64,000 nt of DNA from positions 18,822 through 82,821 of IMG/VR virus record IMGVR_UViG_3300012950_001127. One strand, given 5' to 3'. This document shows positions 18,384 through 29,442 of this stretch, one piece after another (position 1 is the first letter of the stretch; every line of letters begins with the position of its first letter). Position numbers and translations under genes: made by a program. The notes under the pieces were generated by a model. It did no database searches. It saw only the letters and a list, made by a program, of their open reading frames with translations, and was not told where the DNA came from. The DNA is from a virus.

Positions 18384-21300
18384 TTGGAAAGTTTAATGGA
18401 TTTTGTCAAATTAAAGCAAGTTCTTGCAGATGTATCTGCCGATTCTTTCGGTGATTTTGTAACAATATTAAGTGAATTCCACACGAAGATACAAAACATA
18501 ATAGATATTCATGAGGCATTGGCCGATGATAATCCGCAGGCACGCGACGAGTTTTTGCCAAGACTTATAGGCGCATTTGAGGAAGGTGGGCTTATAGAAC
18601 TTTTGGGTGTTTTAGCCCAAGCCTATGAGGGCGCGGACATTACTTTAGACAATTTAAGCCCATTTGCTAATAAAGCGGAAGAGTTTGTAGAGGCATATGG
18701 CATTGGTGAATTTTTGGCGCAAGATTTTGCCAATATAATTGACAATGTAAACTCCCTGGAGGAAGCGGGGCAAGACGAGGTTCGGGTCGATGAGCCTCTC
18801 GATCCCGAGCCTCTCGATCCTGAGCCTCCCGGTCCCGAGCCTACAATAACCGTAGATGATTTGCTTTCTGGGCAAGTCAGGAAGAGTCGGGGTGGTGAAG
18901 CTCAGCCGAGCGAAGAAGAGGGAGACCCCGAAGAAGAAGAGCCAATTTCTCAAAAGAAAGTAAAAATTTTAGAAAGGCTAACTGTTGAAGAAAATGTAAT
19001 TTTAAATTTAGATGTCTCTGGAACTTTCTTTTCAAAAAGAATAAATAAGGAAGATTACAGATTGTCCTTGGCGGCGGCCCGCCAATCTTCGCAAGATTTG
19101 GATGAACTAAATTTTCACGATGCGTTTTCTGGGCTCCCTGCGCTATATGCGATAGATGATGAGCAGCACAAGGTTATATTTGATCTTAATGCTGCAAATC
19201 TTACAGAAAAAGCAGCAATTGATTTTATTGCGCTTTTAAATCGCGAATATTCCAGATTATCTGGAGAGAATATTAGTTATTCTAAAATTCATATACTTCA
19301 AGTAAAAAGAAAGAAGTTGGCAGAAAAGTTAGATGATTTTGTTGCCGCAATAAAGATTAGAGATTTGAAGATTAAAGATCTTCTGTCTAAATTCCATCAC
19401 ATGGGGTATGCGATGGAAGGTTATAACGAAATTAAATTTAGTTTAACTAAACTTATAAAAGATCCGAATACCGCGCTTAGTAAAGAATTAAATAATTTAA
19501 TTATGAATGTGGTGTTTATTGATATACGAAGCGAGATTGTTAAGTACAAATTCTCTAGAGCAGCTAAAGCAAATAAGGCCCTTTTAGAAGAGGTCATGCA
19601 AGCTTTTACTCCTATATTTGAAGAGCGACTATTGCAAGCAATTGTATCGTTCTTTTCTCCAAGTATTGCGCTTAATAGTGAAGTTATTTTTGATCAAGAG
19701 CAATTTTCTCAAGTATCAAGGACTAATGAGTTTTCTATAGCAGCATTTTTATCTTCACATGGAAGCTTGGGTCGGCAGCTTGTTCAGCAATTTGCATACG
19801 AACAAACTGTTATGAGCAAAAAAAGAGGGTGGAGTTACATGTCTTGCCCGACTTGTAATAAAGAAATATATACAGCTCCTTTTACAGGCTCTTACAAAGG
19901 CTCGGGCAGAGGGGCAGAGATTCATCCGAGAGAGCATTCTGATTACGAAGAAGAAAGATATAGCCTGCTTAGAAAAGATGGAACAATAATTACTCTTGAT
20001 CAATTAAATCAACATGGAGAGTTTCCTCCTCCAGAGGGTTATTTAGAGGGAGCTACATGGTTAGAGATAGAGTCTATGGTGGCCTCTCCACGCAGATCAA
20101 AGCATATAGAGGGAGTGGCGCGGCGCTCTCTAGCATTAAGCGCCATGGGCGGAATCCCTGTGCATAGCAGCAAGCAGGGTGGTTATATTGCAAATTATAA
20201 GTACCTTTGTCCTTATGGAGACACTTCTGCGCCAAGAGCCGGCTTAGAAACAATGCAAGCAGGAAAGCCGGCAAGATTTCAGTGCGGTCTTTCTTTGGAC
20301 CCAACCCCCCTGTTGAGCGGTGATCAAAATATTAGACCAGAACACTTGCAGGCCACAGGGGCATCTTTGGGATATTCTATTGAGCAATATTCTGCCACTT
20401 TAGACGAGGTGGCGCAAAGTGGCACAATAAGTGAGGAACAAAAGCAAGATTTTCTTGATGAGTTAAATCGACGGCGAGGTGGTGGGTGGAAATTTTCTAA
20501 CACTTACTTTAGATGCCCTTGCAAAGTTGATATACCAGAAGAGCATTATGGAAAAGAAAATTTTGATATTTCTGATTATGAACGCTATTCGTATATAGCC
20601 TCTCCAATTTCCGGCCCCATAACAGAGGCGGCCGTAGCAAGTAATGATGTTTATCTGCCAAGAAGCGCAGACGGATCAATTGCCCCTATTCAAGAAGGCT
20701 CTATGAGCTATTTGATCTGCGGAGCTTTAACTTCATTATCTGCTTTTATAAGAAGTCCGAGTGATCTTAATTCTCTTTCGGCTATATTAACAGAGCTAAT
20801 AAGCAAGGCTTCTGCTGAGCCAGATGGTTTGGCAGCGAATAAAGTTTTGGCAGACTTTATAAATACTTTAATTTATTTAGGAGTTGATGTTTCAGATATT
20901 CTTCCGCTAATGTCTAGAAACGTTAGAGTTGCAGCGGATATGTTTGAAGCAGAAAGATTTAAAAAAATAGCCCATTTGTTTGCAGTGGCTATGGCCTCTC
21001 CCCAGAATTTGTCTGGGTTGTCTAAAATAACTGAATCTTCTACAATAGATATTATTAAAAACATTGGCCTTCGATGCAAATACGGTCATAACTTTACAGT
21101 TGGGGACTCTGTATTTTTCGGAAGAACACATACTGGCATAAATATGCAAAATGTAAAGAAGAATGTTTACTCTTGGAGAGACGTAATAGATTCCGGGATA
21201 TTGTTTTCTGAAGGATTAGAGAATTTTAAAAATACATTGAAGTTGCGCACAGCAGGCAAGGGTCAGGGTAATCCGTATATTTTACAGGGTAATCGAAGCG

Positions 21301-24300
21301 GTTCTTCTCCTACAGATTATGAAGGCTGGGGCGGCAGAAGTATATATGACATTTATTTCTTACACCCAGAGACAGGGGCCGAATTAGCATTTCATCATCC
21401 TTCAAGAACTTATATATGGGGATCTGAGGGCGGAAAGCCATATACATCTGCACGAGTTAGAGAAACAAGAGATAGAGACTCAGTAATAGAGACCCACTTA
21501 AATTCTCGAAAAGATATTGAGGGCGGAAGGGAAGACGGAGCGCAGGCAGGAGCGGATAAGATGGGCAGAGCGGCTGCTCAAGCAGGAGCGGCAGATAGCA
21601 CTGTTTCTAGTATTATGGAAATGGCAAAAGACAGTCTTGGAAAGCTGTCAACACCAGCGTCCCCAAATAAGGGAGTTAATCAACTAACGGTCCCCTTAGG
21701 AAGCATGTTAAAGTCTTATTTGACATGCGTACATGACTGGCTAGACCTCGCTACCTCTTTGGACGCCGAGGGCGTTATAGCCGGGAAGTCAGAGGTTTTG
21801 GGTACAGATGAAGAAAAGATGGCGAAACTTTTAGATGAGTCAAGAAATGTAATGTTATCTGTAATTGAATATGCTGAGGGGGAGATTACTCCTTTTGCCA
21901 ACACTGTTATAGATATGTCTTTACAAAGATTTAAAGAAAGCTATTTAAATAGAGTATTTAAATTAGACTTAAGATTTTTAAATCAATTTGGTCTAATAAA
22001 TACTGAAAATATAATACATAATATTATTTATTCTATGTTAAATACTTTATATGATGCTAGAAAAAATGAAAACTTGGGAGCGGATGAGAAGTCTGGAGCA
22101 AAAGAGTGGTACGCTAATTATAGAGGAGACCTACTGTTAAGCAATATGCAGATAAACTTTAATACTTTAGTTGACGCTGGAGTTGATCTCAATTCTTTAA
22201 CAGATAATTTTAGAGAAATTCTCGCCCCCACTGCTTTGACGGCAAGAGAGATAGAGGGTATATATTCTCCTATTTCTGAAGAAGGGTATAGTTTAAAAGT
22301 CACAAAGATGAAAGGGAAAGAGTTCATGGGCATGATTATGCTGGCATCCTCTGCTCTTTATATTGCTGATTCTATTTCAAGGATTTATAATTTGTATATG
22401 AAGTATCCCAACACAAGTAACTACATAGGGTATGATATCGGATTAGATTTATCTTCTATAGATAAAGTTCTAGCCTTAGACAAAGAAAGTGTTGAGAGAA
22501 TAAATATAGGATTTGATAATTTAGAATTAGAGGGAAGCCCGCATTATAATCCCATAGAATTTATAGAAGATTATTTTGATAATATACTTAATTGTATAAA
22601 AGCTTTAGAAGGCGACTTAGTTAGAGTAAAGGCCGCATGTGTATCTTACAAGTATATACAGCGTGCTTCTGATATTATAAGAGAACGATTAAATAATATA
22701 ATTGTTTCTGAGCCAGAATCAGAAGAGTCTATTAAGGCGAGTCGCATAATAAACAGTGTCATGGTAAACTTGCCAGTTACAACTATTGACTTGAATAGTG
22801 GAGGAAAATACGCCAATTATTATTCAAGCTCTGCAGAGGCAGGGGGAGTTCCGCATGGATTAATTCCATTGTTTGGAGCAATGCTGGTGACGCATAAAGA
22901 TAAGCAGTTGGCCAATGTATATTATCCCGTGTATATATTAACAACAGTCAAGGGTGTACATCATAATTTTAATATAGACATCCCTTTGCCTGCGTCTAAA
23001 AAGTATATGTATGTTTTAAGCAGCAAGGCTCTTCCCGGCTCTAATGAGCTCGCAGATATTTCAAACACTCTGCCAGAAGTTTATAAGGATAATGGATGGG
23101 CGGCTTATGAGGTTTTGGCGTCAGAATGGAATTTTAAAGATTCGAGGTCAAATGCTGGACTCTCTGAAGGGGTTAGCTACATATACCATCCTGGCACAAT
23201 TCAGAATTTTGATGAAAATAATAATGTCTCTTCTTATTCTAATATAGAGTCCGGGTTAGATACGAGTCTCGGGATGTTCTTGGGATCGTTATGTCCCAAG
23301 GAGGGTCGCGGCCTTTGCTTTCCTCCCGTTCCTTTGATGCCTAATAACATTGGCGTGCCAATTCCATTTGGCTATGTTGACAGAATGAAAGAGCCTGCAA
23401 CGAGAAAGGCCGCCTTCCCTATTTTAGACGTAAGAATTCCAGTTCCAATTAAGATAGGAGATTATATAGAGAATATTGACGTATCTGACTTTTTGTTAAG
23501 AGAGCCCCATGAGGTTGCGCTATCTTTGATAAAAGAAATTATGAAAAATTACAAGTTATATCAAAAAGATCTAAGCTCAATTAACATTAGAACTCCAGAG
23601 GGACGAAAGCAGAAAGAGAGAGTAAAGGCGCAATATAAAGAAATTATTTCAAAATTAAATTATATGTATAGATCTTTGCCGTTTGCTACAGAAAATAAGC
23701 GAAGCGCTACGGCGAGAGCAAGGCAGAATATAGTTCAGTTTGAAGAAGGAACACAACACTCAGAGCGCTTTGGAGCAAGAGCTTCTGTATATATGCCTAT
23801 GATTGATTGGGTTATTATGCACAAGATGATAACCTCTCCTGCATTTGGCCCAGAATTCGGAGGGCATAATCTTTGGAGTGTTAGCGAAGGAAGCGCAGAG
23901 GGAGACACAGAGGTTGCGATAAGAGCTGTTAAAAGCGGATTAGAAAGATTTTTAATTGAATTAAATGGATTAGAGCGGTTAGCAGAATTATTAAGTGCAA
24001 GGCTTAATACAGATATAAGTCCAGAGGATTTGCTAGATCCGCAGAAAAGACTATTTAACTCAGGAAAGATAACGAAAAAACAATGTAAAGAATTATTTGG
24101 ATATGATTTCAGTTATACTGATACTTCTGTAGAATCTAGTGTTATGATGGGGGCCCATGAAGATGAATTTGGATCAGAGTTGTTTTGGATTAGAAGCAAT
24201 ACGGGAGAGGCTTTAGAGGAAGTTCAGGTGGTTTCTGATTCTGAAATCTCTAAGGCTGGTACTACTAATATATTTAGAAATTTTCGCTCTTGGGCAATGT

Positions 24301-24761
24301 CCCCAGGAAGGTACTACCCTATAGGCGTTGAGCGGAATGTAAGCTCTAGAACTGGAGACCCCGCTGCTAGAATAAAGATATTAAATACTATATTTCCAAG
24401 TCAAGATTATGCATCTAGATTGGCAGACGTGCAAGATTTAAGCTCTGAAGCTCTATTGGATATAGAGCAATTATATGCGTATGAGGTGTTACTTGGAAAT
24501 CCTAGAAAGCAAACATTTTATCCGCCACCAGCTACGGACAGGGTATCGCATATATCTATTGTAAGACAGGCGGAGGCAATTAGTGATTATTTGAGAGAGT
24601 ATCATCAAGCGGAGATGACTAGATCTTGGGATATAAAAAAGTTAAGTTTTTATAAAAATAATCTTATAAAAAAATCTAAAATTGACAAGATGGCTTTTGA
24701 TGTTAATGGTATAATGATAGGTACAAGGCTTATGGCCCTGTGGAATTATTTAACACGTTAA
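18384..24761 (+). CDS. Giant hypothetical protein (2125 aa) with scattered Cys knuckles; possible internal virion protein
   Basis: Uninterrupted ORF (ATG 18396 is an alternative start) containing CPTC, CPYG, CPC and CKYGH, plus short EPLDP repeats. Confidence 0.75.
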   Translation: MESLMDFVKLKQVLADVSADSFGDFVTILSEFHTKIQNIIDIHEALADDNPQARDEFLPRLIGAFEEGGLIELLGVLAQAYEGADITLDNLSPFANKAEEFVEAYGIGEFLAQDFANIIDNVNSLEEAGQDEVRVDEPLDPEPLDPEPPGPEPTITVDDLLSGQVRKSRGGEAQPSEEEGDPEEEEPISQKKVKILERLTVEENVILNLDVSGTFFSKRINKEDYRLSLAAARQSSQDLDELNFHDAFSGLPALYAIDDEQHKVIFDLNAANLTEKAAIDFIALLNREYSRLSGENISYSKIHILQVKRKKLAEKLDDFVAAIKIRDLKIKDLLSKFHHMGYAMEGYNEIKFSLTKLIKDPNTALSKELNNLIMNVVFIDIRSEIVKYKFSRAAKANKALLEEVMQAFTPIFEERLLQAIVSFFSPSIALNSEVIFDQEQFSQVSRTNEFSIAAFLSSHGSLGRQLVQQFAYEQTVMSKKRGWSYMSCPTCNKEIYTAPFTGSYKGSGRGAEIHPREHSDYEEERYSLLRKDGTIITLDQLNQHGEFPPPEGYLEGATWLEIESMVASPRRSKHIEGVARRSLALSAMGGIPVHSSKQGGYIANYKYLCPYGDTSAPRAGLETMQAGKPARFQCGLSLDPTPLLSGDQNIRPEHLQATGASLGYSIEQYSATLDEVAQSGTISEEQKQDFLDELNRRRGGGWKFSNTYFRCPCKVDIPEEHYGKENFDISDYERYSYIASPISGPITEAAVASNDVYLPRSADGSIAPIQEGSMSYLICGALTSLSAFIRSPSDLNSLSAILTELISKASAEPDGLAANKVLADFINTLIYLGVDVSDILPLMSRNVRVAADMFEAERFKKIAHLFAVAMASPQNLSGLSKITESSTIDIIKNIGLRCKYGHNFTVGDSVFFGRTHTGINMQNVKKNVYSWRDVIDSGILFSEGLENFKNTLKLRTAGKGQGNPYILQGNRSGSSPTDYEGWGGRSIYDIYFLHPETGAELAFHHPSRTYIWGSEGGKPYTSARVRETRDRDSVIETHLNSRKDIEGGREDGAQAGADKMGRAAAQAGAADSTVSSIMEMAKDSLGKLSTPASPNKGVNQLTVPLGSMLKSYLTCVHDWLDLATSLDAEGVIAGKSEVLGTDEEKMAKLLDESRNVMLSVIEYAEGEITPFANTVIDMSLQRFKESYLNRVFKLDLRFLNQFGLINTENIIHNIIYSMLNTLYDARKNENLGADEKSGAKEWYANYRGDLLLSNMQINFNTLVDAGVDLNSLTDNFREILAPTALTAREIEGIYSPISEEGYSLKVTKMKGKEFMGMIMLASSALYIADSISRIYNLYMKYPNTSNYIGYDIGLDLSSIDKVLALDKESVERINIGFDNLELEGSPHYNPIEFIEDYFDNILNCIKALEGDLVRVKAACVSYKYIQRASDIIRERLNNIIVSEPESEESIKASRIINSVMVNLPVTTIDLNSGGKYANYYSSSAEAGGVPHGLIPLFGAMLVTHKDKQLANVYYPVYILTTVKGVHHNFNIDIPLPASKKYMYVLSSKALPGSNELADISNTLPEVYKDNGWAAYEVLASEWNFKDSRSNAGLSEGVSYIYHPGTIQNFDENNNVSSYSNIESGLDTSLGMFLGSLCPKEGRGLCFPPVPLMPNNIGVPIPFGYVDRMKEPATRKAAFPILDVRIPVPIKIGDYIENIDVSDFLLREPHEVALSLIKEIMKNYKLYQKDLSSINIRTPEGRKQKERVKAQYKEIISKLNYMYRSLPFATENKRSATARARQNIVQFEEGTQHSERFGARASVYMPMIDWVIMHKMITSPAFGPEFGGHNLWSVSEGSAEGDTEVAIRAVKSGLERFLIELNGLERLAELLSARLNTDISPEDLLDPQKRLFNSGKITKKQCKELFGYDFSYTDTSVESSVMMGAHEDEFGSELFWIRSNTGEALEEVQVVSDSEISKAGTTNIFRNFRSWAMSPGRYYPIGVERNVSSRTGDPAARIKILNTIFPSQDYASRLADVQDLSSEALLDIEQLYAYEVLLGNPRKQTFYPPPATDRVSHISIVRQAEAISDYLREYHQAEMTRSWDIKKLSFYKNNLIKKSKIDKMAFDVNGIMIGTRLMALWNYLTR

Positions 24762-24785
24762 TTTGAACAATAAGTTGGAGGCAGC

Positions 24786-25061
24786 ATGAGTGTGGTTAAG
24801 ATTTTTAATGAAGATAATGGTCAGTCTGAAAATACTACGTGGAATATTGATGACGTAAAAGAATATGTTAAACAATATCTTGTATATGAATTGCAGATAA
24901 AAGATCTGCAAGAGTCTAGAAGAGAATGGTCTAATGATTTTTTAAAAGCGAAGAGTCTTCCAAAGAAAGAGCTTACGCAGGCCTTGGGGTCAGCAAAGAA
25001 AGACATTGATATGGAAGTGGTAAATGAGATATATGATAACATAATAGGAATGTTTGAATGA
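24786..25061 (+). CDS. Small helical protein resembling T4 DsbA/GapR-type dsDNA-binding proteins
   Basis: 91 aa, VKEYV...ELQIKDL..SR...F...L..K; GGAGG SD. Confidence 0.45.
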   Translation: MSVVKIFNEDNGQSENTTWNIDDVKEYVKQYLVYELQIKDLQESRREWSNDFLKAKSLPKKELTQALGSAKKDIDMEVVNEIYDNIIGMFE

Positions 25062-25543
25062 TGATATTTGCCCTGCATTTTTTGCTTGGCTATACATACG
25101 GTCTTTTCGCAGAGTGGTTTATTCATAAAGAAATTTTACACAGATACGGCAAAGGAAAAAATGCTATTTTTAAATTTCATTGGAGTTCACATCACAGTGA
25201 TGCCAGAAGATTTGAGTTTATAGATCCTTCCTATAATGAGAGTTTGCTTGCATGGAACGCAGCAACGAAAGAGTTGCTCTCTTTATTATTTTTAGTTGCA
25301 ATCCATACTCCTGTTTTATTTTTCGCCCCAGGAGCCTATGCTGCTCTTATTTTTTCAGTAATTGAATATTACTTTAAACACAGAAAGGCGCATAAAAATC
25401 CAGAGTGGGCAAAAGAAAAATTAGTGTGGCATTTTGACCATCACATGGGTAAAATACAGGATATGAACTGGGGTGTTCGCAGGGATATTGTCGATAGGCT
25501 TTTGGGAACAAGAGTAAAATACACGACAAAAAATAATTATTAA
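25058..25543 (+). CDS. Fatty-acid hydroxylase/sterol desaturase family membrane protein
   Basis: Histidine boxes EWFIHKEILH, HWSSHH, HRKAH and HFDHH; NWGV..D..LGT; transmembrane helices. Confidence 0.82.
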   Translation: MMIFALHFLLGYTYGLFAEWFIHKEILHRYGKGKNAIFKFHWSSHHSDARRFEFIDPSYNESLLAWNAATKELLSLLFLVAIHTPVLFFAPGAYAALIFSVIEYYFKHRKAHKNPEWAKEKLVWHFDHHMGKIQDMNWGVRRDIVDRLLGTRVKYTTKNNY

Positions 25544-25564
25544 TATTTAAAATTGGAGCTTTAC

Positions 25565-28500
25565 ATGGCCTCTGGACCTTTTGTTTCTTTACATAATCAT
25601 ACAGAGCTTGGCAGCCCACTTGACGGAATGAATGATGTTCGTGATCTTTTTAGAAGAGCGAAAGAAGTAAATCATCCAGGGGTTGCGGTAACTGACCATG
25701 GAACGCTCACTGCTCTGTATGACTCTTGGAAGGCTAGCCAAGAATTTGGGGTAAAATTAATCCCTGGAATAGAGGCTTATTTTGCTGATGACTTAAACAT
25801 AAAGAAGTCATATCACTTAGTTCTTCTCGCTAAAAATTCTATAGGATATAAAAATATTTTAAAGTTAAATTATTTAGCTTTCCAGAATCAAGTTTCTGGA
25901 TACATGGGAAAGAAGACGCCTAGAATTTCTTGGGAACATATTGAGAATTATAACGAGGGAATAATTGCCTTAACGGCTTGTTCTAATGGTCTTGTTGCCA
26001 AAACTTTAATAACTGATAATGATGAAGAAAAAGCTTTATGTCATATATCTAGATTGAATGAAATATTCTATAATAGATTATTTTTAGAGTTACAGCCACA
26101 TGCCTTATATGATGTTAATAAGCATGGAAAGGAAGTAAATCAGCAAAAATTAAATGAATCGCTTATTAGAATATCTCACGATATGAAGATTCCTTATGTT
26201 ATAACTTGTGATGCTCATTATAGGGATAAAGAGGCTGCAAAATATCATGACTTTATGCTTGCAATAAAAGATAAAAAAGCAGTTGACGATCCAGATCGCT
26301 TTAGATATGGAGTCCAAGATATGTACCTAAAGACACATGAAGAAATTATAGATTTTTTTGGGAAAGATATTGCTACAGTTGGTATGGAAAATTCCATTAA
26401 AATAATGAATGCTTGTGATGAGCCGAGCTATATAAAGCCACGAGGAGCTATGCTTCCTGTTTTCTCTGTTTCTGAAGAATTAGATTATAAAGAGTTTAAA
26501 GAGTGGAAGGGTGAAGTTGGATCTAATATAGCGGAAGATAAAGCATATCTTCGGTTCAAGTGCATTGAGGGGTTCAAGAATAAGCTAACACACTTAGATA
26601 AGGGAGATAGAGACGAATACTGGGAAAGGGTGAAAACTGAATTAGCTGTATTAGAGGAGAAAAATTTTTCGTCTTATATGTTAATTGTTGCAGATTATGT
26701 TAATTGGGCTAAAGAAAGAATGCCGGTAGGGCCAGCGCGTGGTTCTGCGGCGGGGTCATTAGTAGCCTACTTGACAGGCATAACAAGCGTTGACCCCATA
26801 GAGTATGATTTAATCTTTGAAAGATTTCATAATAATCAAAAGAAATCTTTTCCAGATATTGATTCTGATTTTTCTGATCCAAGTATAGTTAAAGATTATA
26901 TTAAAGATAAGTATGGATCAGATCGGGTTGCTTCCATTTCTAATTGGAGCACTCTATCGCCACGCGTTGTTATAAAGGATGTAGCAAGAAGTTTAAGGTT
27001 AGGTGGAGATAAGTCTTCTGCTTTTAAAATAGCAAACGCTATAACCTCTATCATGCCAGATGCAGACACCCTTAGCGAGGCAATGTCGAGTAGTCGCCAA
27101 TTATCTGATTATATGAAGCAATACCCAGAGTTATATAAGTATGCTTCTAAGTTGCAAAATCTTACCAGAAACTGGTCCATGCATGCCGCAGGAGTCGTTA
27201 TTGGAGAGGATGCCCTATATGAGTCCATTCCCTTGAGAATAGACAAGGAAGGACACATTATAACGCAATGGGAAAAAACAAGGTGTGAAGAGAATGGTCT
27301 TATAAAGATGGATCTATTGGGACTTAAAACTCTTACTGTTATAGATAATGCTTTTAAATTAATTCACGAATCTACAGGGGAAAGCTTATCTGTAAATGAT
27401 ATAGATATGAAGGATCAAAGGGTTTATGAGATGATCGGGAAAGGCAAGACTATCGGGCTGTTTCAATTAGAATCTTCTCTTACTCCATTTTGCATACGGC
27501 TTAAGCCAAAAAATATAGAAGATATATCTGCAATAAATGCTATAGGCAGACCTTCGTGTAAGCCGGCAGAGAGAAGGAGATATGCTAAGCGTAGGCTCGG
27601 GGCAGAAAAAACAGTATATGATCATCCAAGTTTAAAAAGAGCATTAGAAAAAACTTATGGAGTTTTGGTTTATGAGGAGCAAGCTATGATCATTGCACAA
27701 GATTGTGCTGGATGGGATCTTAATCAGGCAGATGCTTTAAGAAAGATTAGTAAATTAAAAGGAAAAGATCAAGAGCTTGTTTTGCGTACAGAGGCAAATT
27801 TTACAAAAGATTGTATAGAATATAGCGGCATGTCATATGAAGTAGCGTGCAAGATTTGGAAAACATACATAGAACCTCTTGGGGGGTACGCTTTTAATAA
27901 ATCTCACTCTATATCTTATTCTATAATATCTTTTTATACTGCTTGGTTAAAATATCATTACCCTTCTGAGTTCATGTGCGCTTTATTAAACTCAGAAGAC
28001 CCAAATAGCGATAAGGCTCAAGAGTATTTGAGTGAATGCAGATCTATGAAGATTCAAATTAAACCTCCAAATGTTAATGATAGTGTTGGGCCTTATGGCG
28101 TGCTAAAATCAGGAGAGATTGTCACAGGACTTTCTGCCATTAAGGGCGTGGGCGAAAAAGCTATTAGCTCTATAGTTGCTAATCAGCCTTATGTTGATTA
28201 TCCTAATTTTTTAATGTTAAATGAAAGTAGAACCGTTGGGAAGACTGTTATTCAGTCTTTGTCCAAAGCTGGTGCTTTGGATTGTTTTTCTGGCGTAAGA
28301 AAAGATATGCATGATAATTATCAAAAATATAGATCTAAGGCCAAGGCGGTTTTCAAAAAGGCAATAGAGTCAAAAATATTTTTACAACACCCCTCTTTGA
28401 AGAAAGTTCCAAGTGATCGCAAAGAAGAATTGTTTAAAGAATTTGGCATAGTAAATAATTCTACTGAGTATCATAAGATAATGAGCTCTATTGAATTTTC

Positions 28501-28936
28501 TAAATCTGAAGAAGATTGGGATAGAAAGAAAAGGCTTTTGTTTGAAAAAGAGTCTCTGGGCAGACCTATAAGCGGAAGTTTGCACGAGGTATTTAAAGGA
28601 TTCTTCTCTGGAGGCTCTCTTGTGACGCCATTATCTCATGTAAATACTTTAGAGGCATCCTCTAAGGTTAAAATTGAAGTAATTATATCAACAAAGCTTA
28701 AAGAGTTTAAAATAAAAAATGGCAAAAACATAGGTAGAAAGTTTGCTAAATATTTGGTCGAAGATATAAACGGGGATACTTGCGGATTAACCGTATGGGC
28801 TGATGACTATGATAGATATAGAGCCATATTGAAAGACGGAGTTCCAATAAAAGCAATATGTAGAGTTAATGAGTATATGGATCAGAAAGATTTAGCGCTT
28901 TCTGCGTTAGAAAGAGTTTATGGGAGAGAAAGATGA
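25565..28936 (+). CDS. dnaE: DNA polymerase III alpha subunit (family C)
   Basis: PHP domain (HNHT, TDHG, DAHY), RGSAAGS, PDIDSDF, HAAG, KMDLLGL, YAFNKSH and a C-terminal OB fold. Start at ATG 25565 after GGAG. Confidence 0.97.
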   Translation: MASGPFVSLHNHTELGSPLDGMNDVRDLFRRAKEVNHPGVAVTDHGTLTALYDSWKASQEFGVKLIPGIEAYFADDLNIKKSYHLVLLAKNSIGYKNILKLNYLAFQNQVSGYMGKKTPRISWEHIENYNEGIIALTACSNGLVAKTLITDNDEEKALCHISRLNEIFYNRLFLELQPHALYDVNKHGKEVNQQKLNESLIRISHDMKIPYVITCDAHYRDKEAAKYHDFMLAIKDKKAVDDPDRFRYGVQDMYLKTHEEIIDFFGKDIATVGMENSIKIMNACDEPSYIKPRGAMLPVFSVSEELDYKEFKEWKGEVGSNIAEDKAYLRFKCIEGFKNKLTHLDKGDRDEYWERVKTELAVLEEKNFSSYMLIVADYVNWAKERMPVGPARGSAAGSLVAYLTGITSVDPIEYDLIFERFHNNQKKSFPDIDSDFSDPSIVKDYIKDKYGSDRVASISNWSTLSPRVVIKDVARSLRLGGDKSSAFKIANAITSIMPDADTLSEAMSSSRQLSDYMKQYPELYKYASKLQNLTRNWSMHAAGVVIGEDALYESIPLRIDKEGHIITQWEKTRCEENGLIKMDLLGLKTLTVIDNAFKLIHESTGESLSVNDIDMKDQRVYEMIGKGKTIGLFQLESSLTPFCIRLKPKNIEDISAINAIGRPSCKPAERRRYAKRRLGAEKTVYDHPSLKRALEKTYGVLVYEEQAMIIAQDCAGWDLNQADALRKISKLKGKDQELVLRTEANFTKDCIEYSGMSYEVACKIWKTYIEPLGGYAFNKSHSISYSIISFYTAWLKYHYPSEFMCALLNSEDPNSDKAQEYLSECRSMKIQIKPPNVNDSVGPYGVLKSGEIVTGLSAIKGVGEKAISSIVANQPYVDYPNFLMLNESRTVGKTVIQSLSKAGALDCFSGVRKDMHDNYQKYRSKAKAVFKKAIESKIFLQHPSLKKVPSDRKEELFKEFGIVNNSTEYHKIMSSIEFSKSEEDWDRKKRLLFEKESLGRPISGSLHEVFKGFFSGGSLVTPLSHVNTLEASSKVKIEVIISTKLKEFKIKNGKNIGRKFAKYLVEDINGDTCGLTVWADDYDRYRAILKDGVPIKAICRVNEYMDQKDLALSALERVYGRER

Positions 28937-29442
28937 TAGCGTGTAAAGTTTGTGAATTTGAAGTTAACAATTCTATGAGACATAGTTTGGTTAAAAATAT
29001 ATGCCCAGCTTGTGGGGCTGCACTTTTCGGTGATTTTCATATGCGAAGACTTAATCTTTTGAAGCAAAAGATTTTAGAGCAAGAATTTTCCGAAGCGTTG
29101 GATGAAAGCAGTCTTTTTGACATTTGTTTATTCATTCTTACTGAGTTTTTTGTTAGCAAGCCAGGAATAGTAAACACAAAATTAGATCAAGGTAATATGC
29201 TCGATATTAGTATGGACGAACAAGGTTTGGAAGAAGGCGAGTTGATTGATTTTAGCGAAGCCGAGCCTGACCAGTCTTATGATGAAATTAGAGATGAAAT
29301 TAGAAAAGAGGTCCTAGCAGATGTTGATGAGGAGCTTGTTGAGGCGGAGGAAGATTTGCGAATCGCAAGACTCAAAAGAATAGCGAAAGAATCGCCTACG
29401 AATAAAAACCCAGGCGCTATAGTTAGGCGGGTAACGGATTGA
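28933..29442 (+). CDS. Hypothetical protein with N-terminal zinc ribbon and acidic region
   Basis: CKVC...CPACG. Confidence 0.65.
   Translation: MIACKVCEFEVNNSMRHSLVKNICPACGAALFGDFHMRRLNLLKQKILEQEFSEALDESSLFDICLFILTEFFVSKPGIVNTKLDQGNMLDISMDEQGLEEGELIDFSEAEPDQSYDEIRDEIRKEVLADVDEELVEAEEDLRIARLKRIAKESPTNKNPGAIVRRVTD

Noticed and set aside
18384-24761. Virion or multisubunit RNA polymerase
   Set aside because: No DxDGD or recognisable single-subunit RNA polymerase motifs were found by eye.
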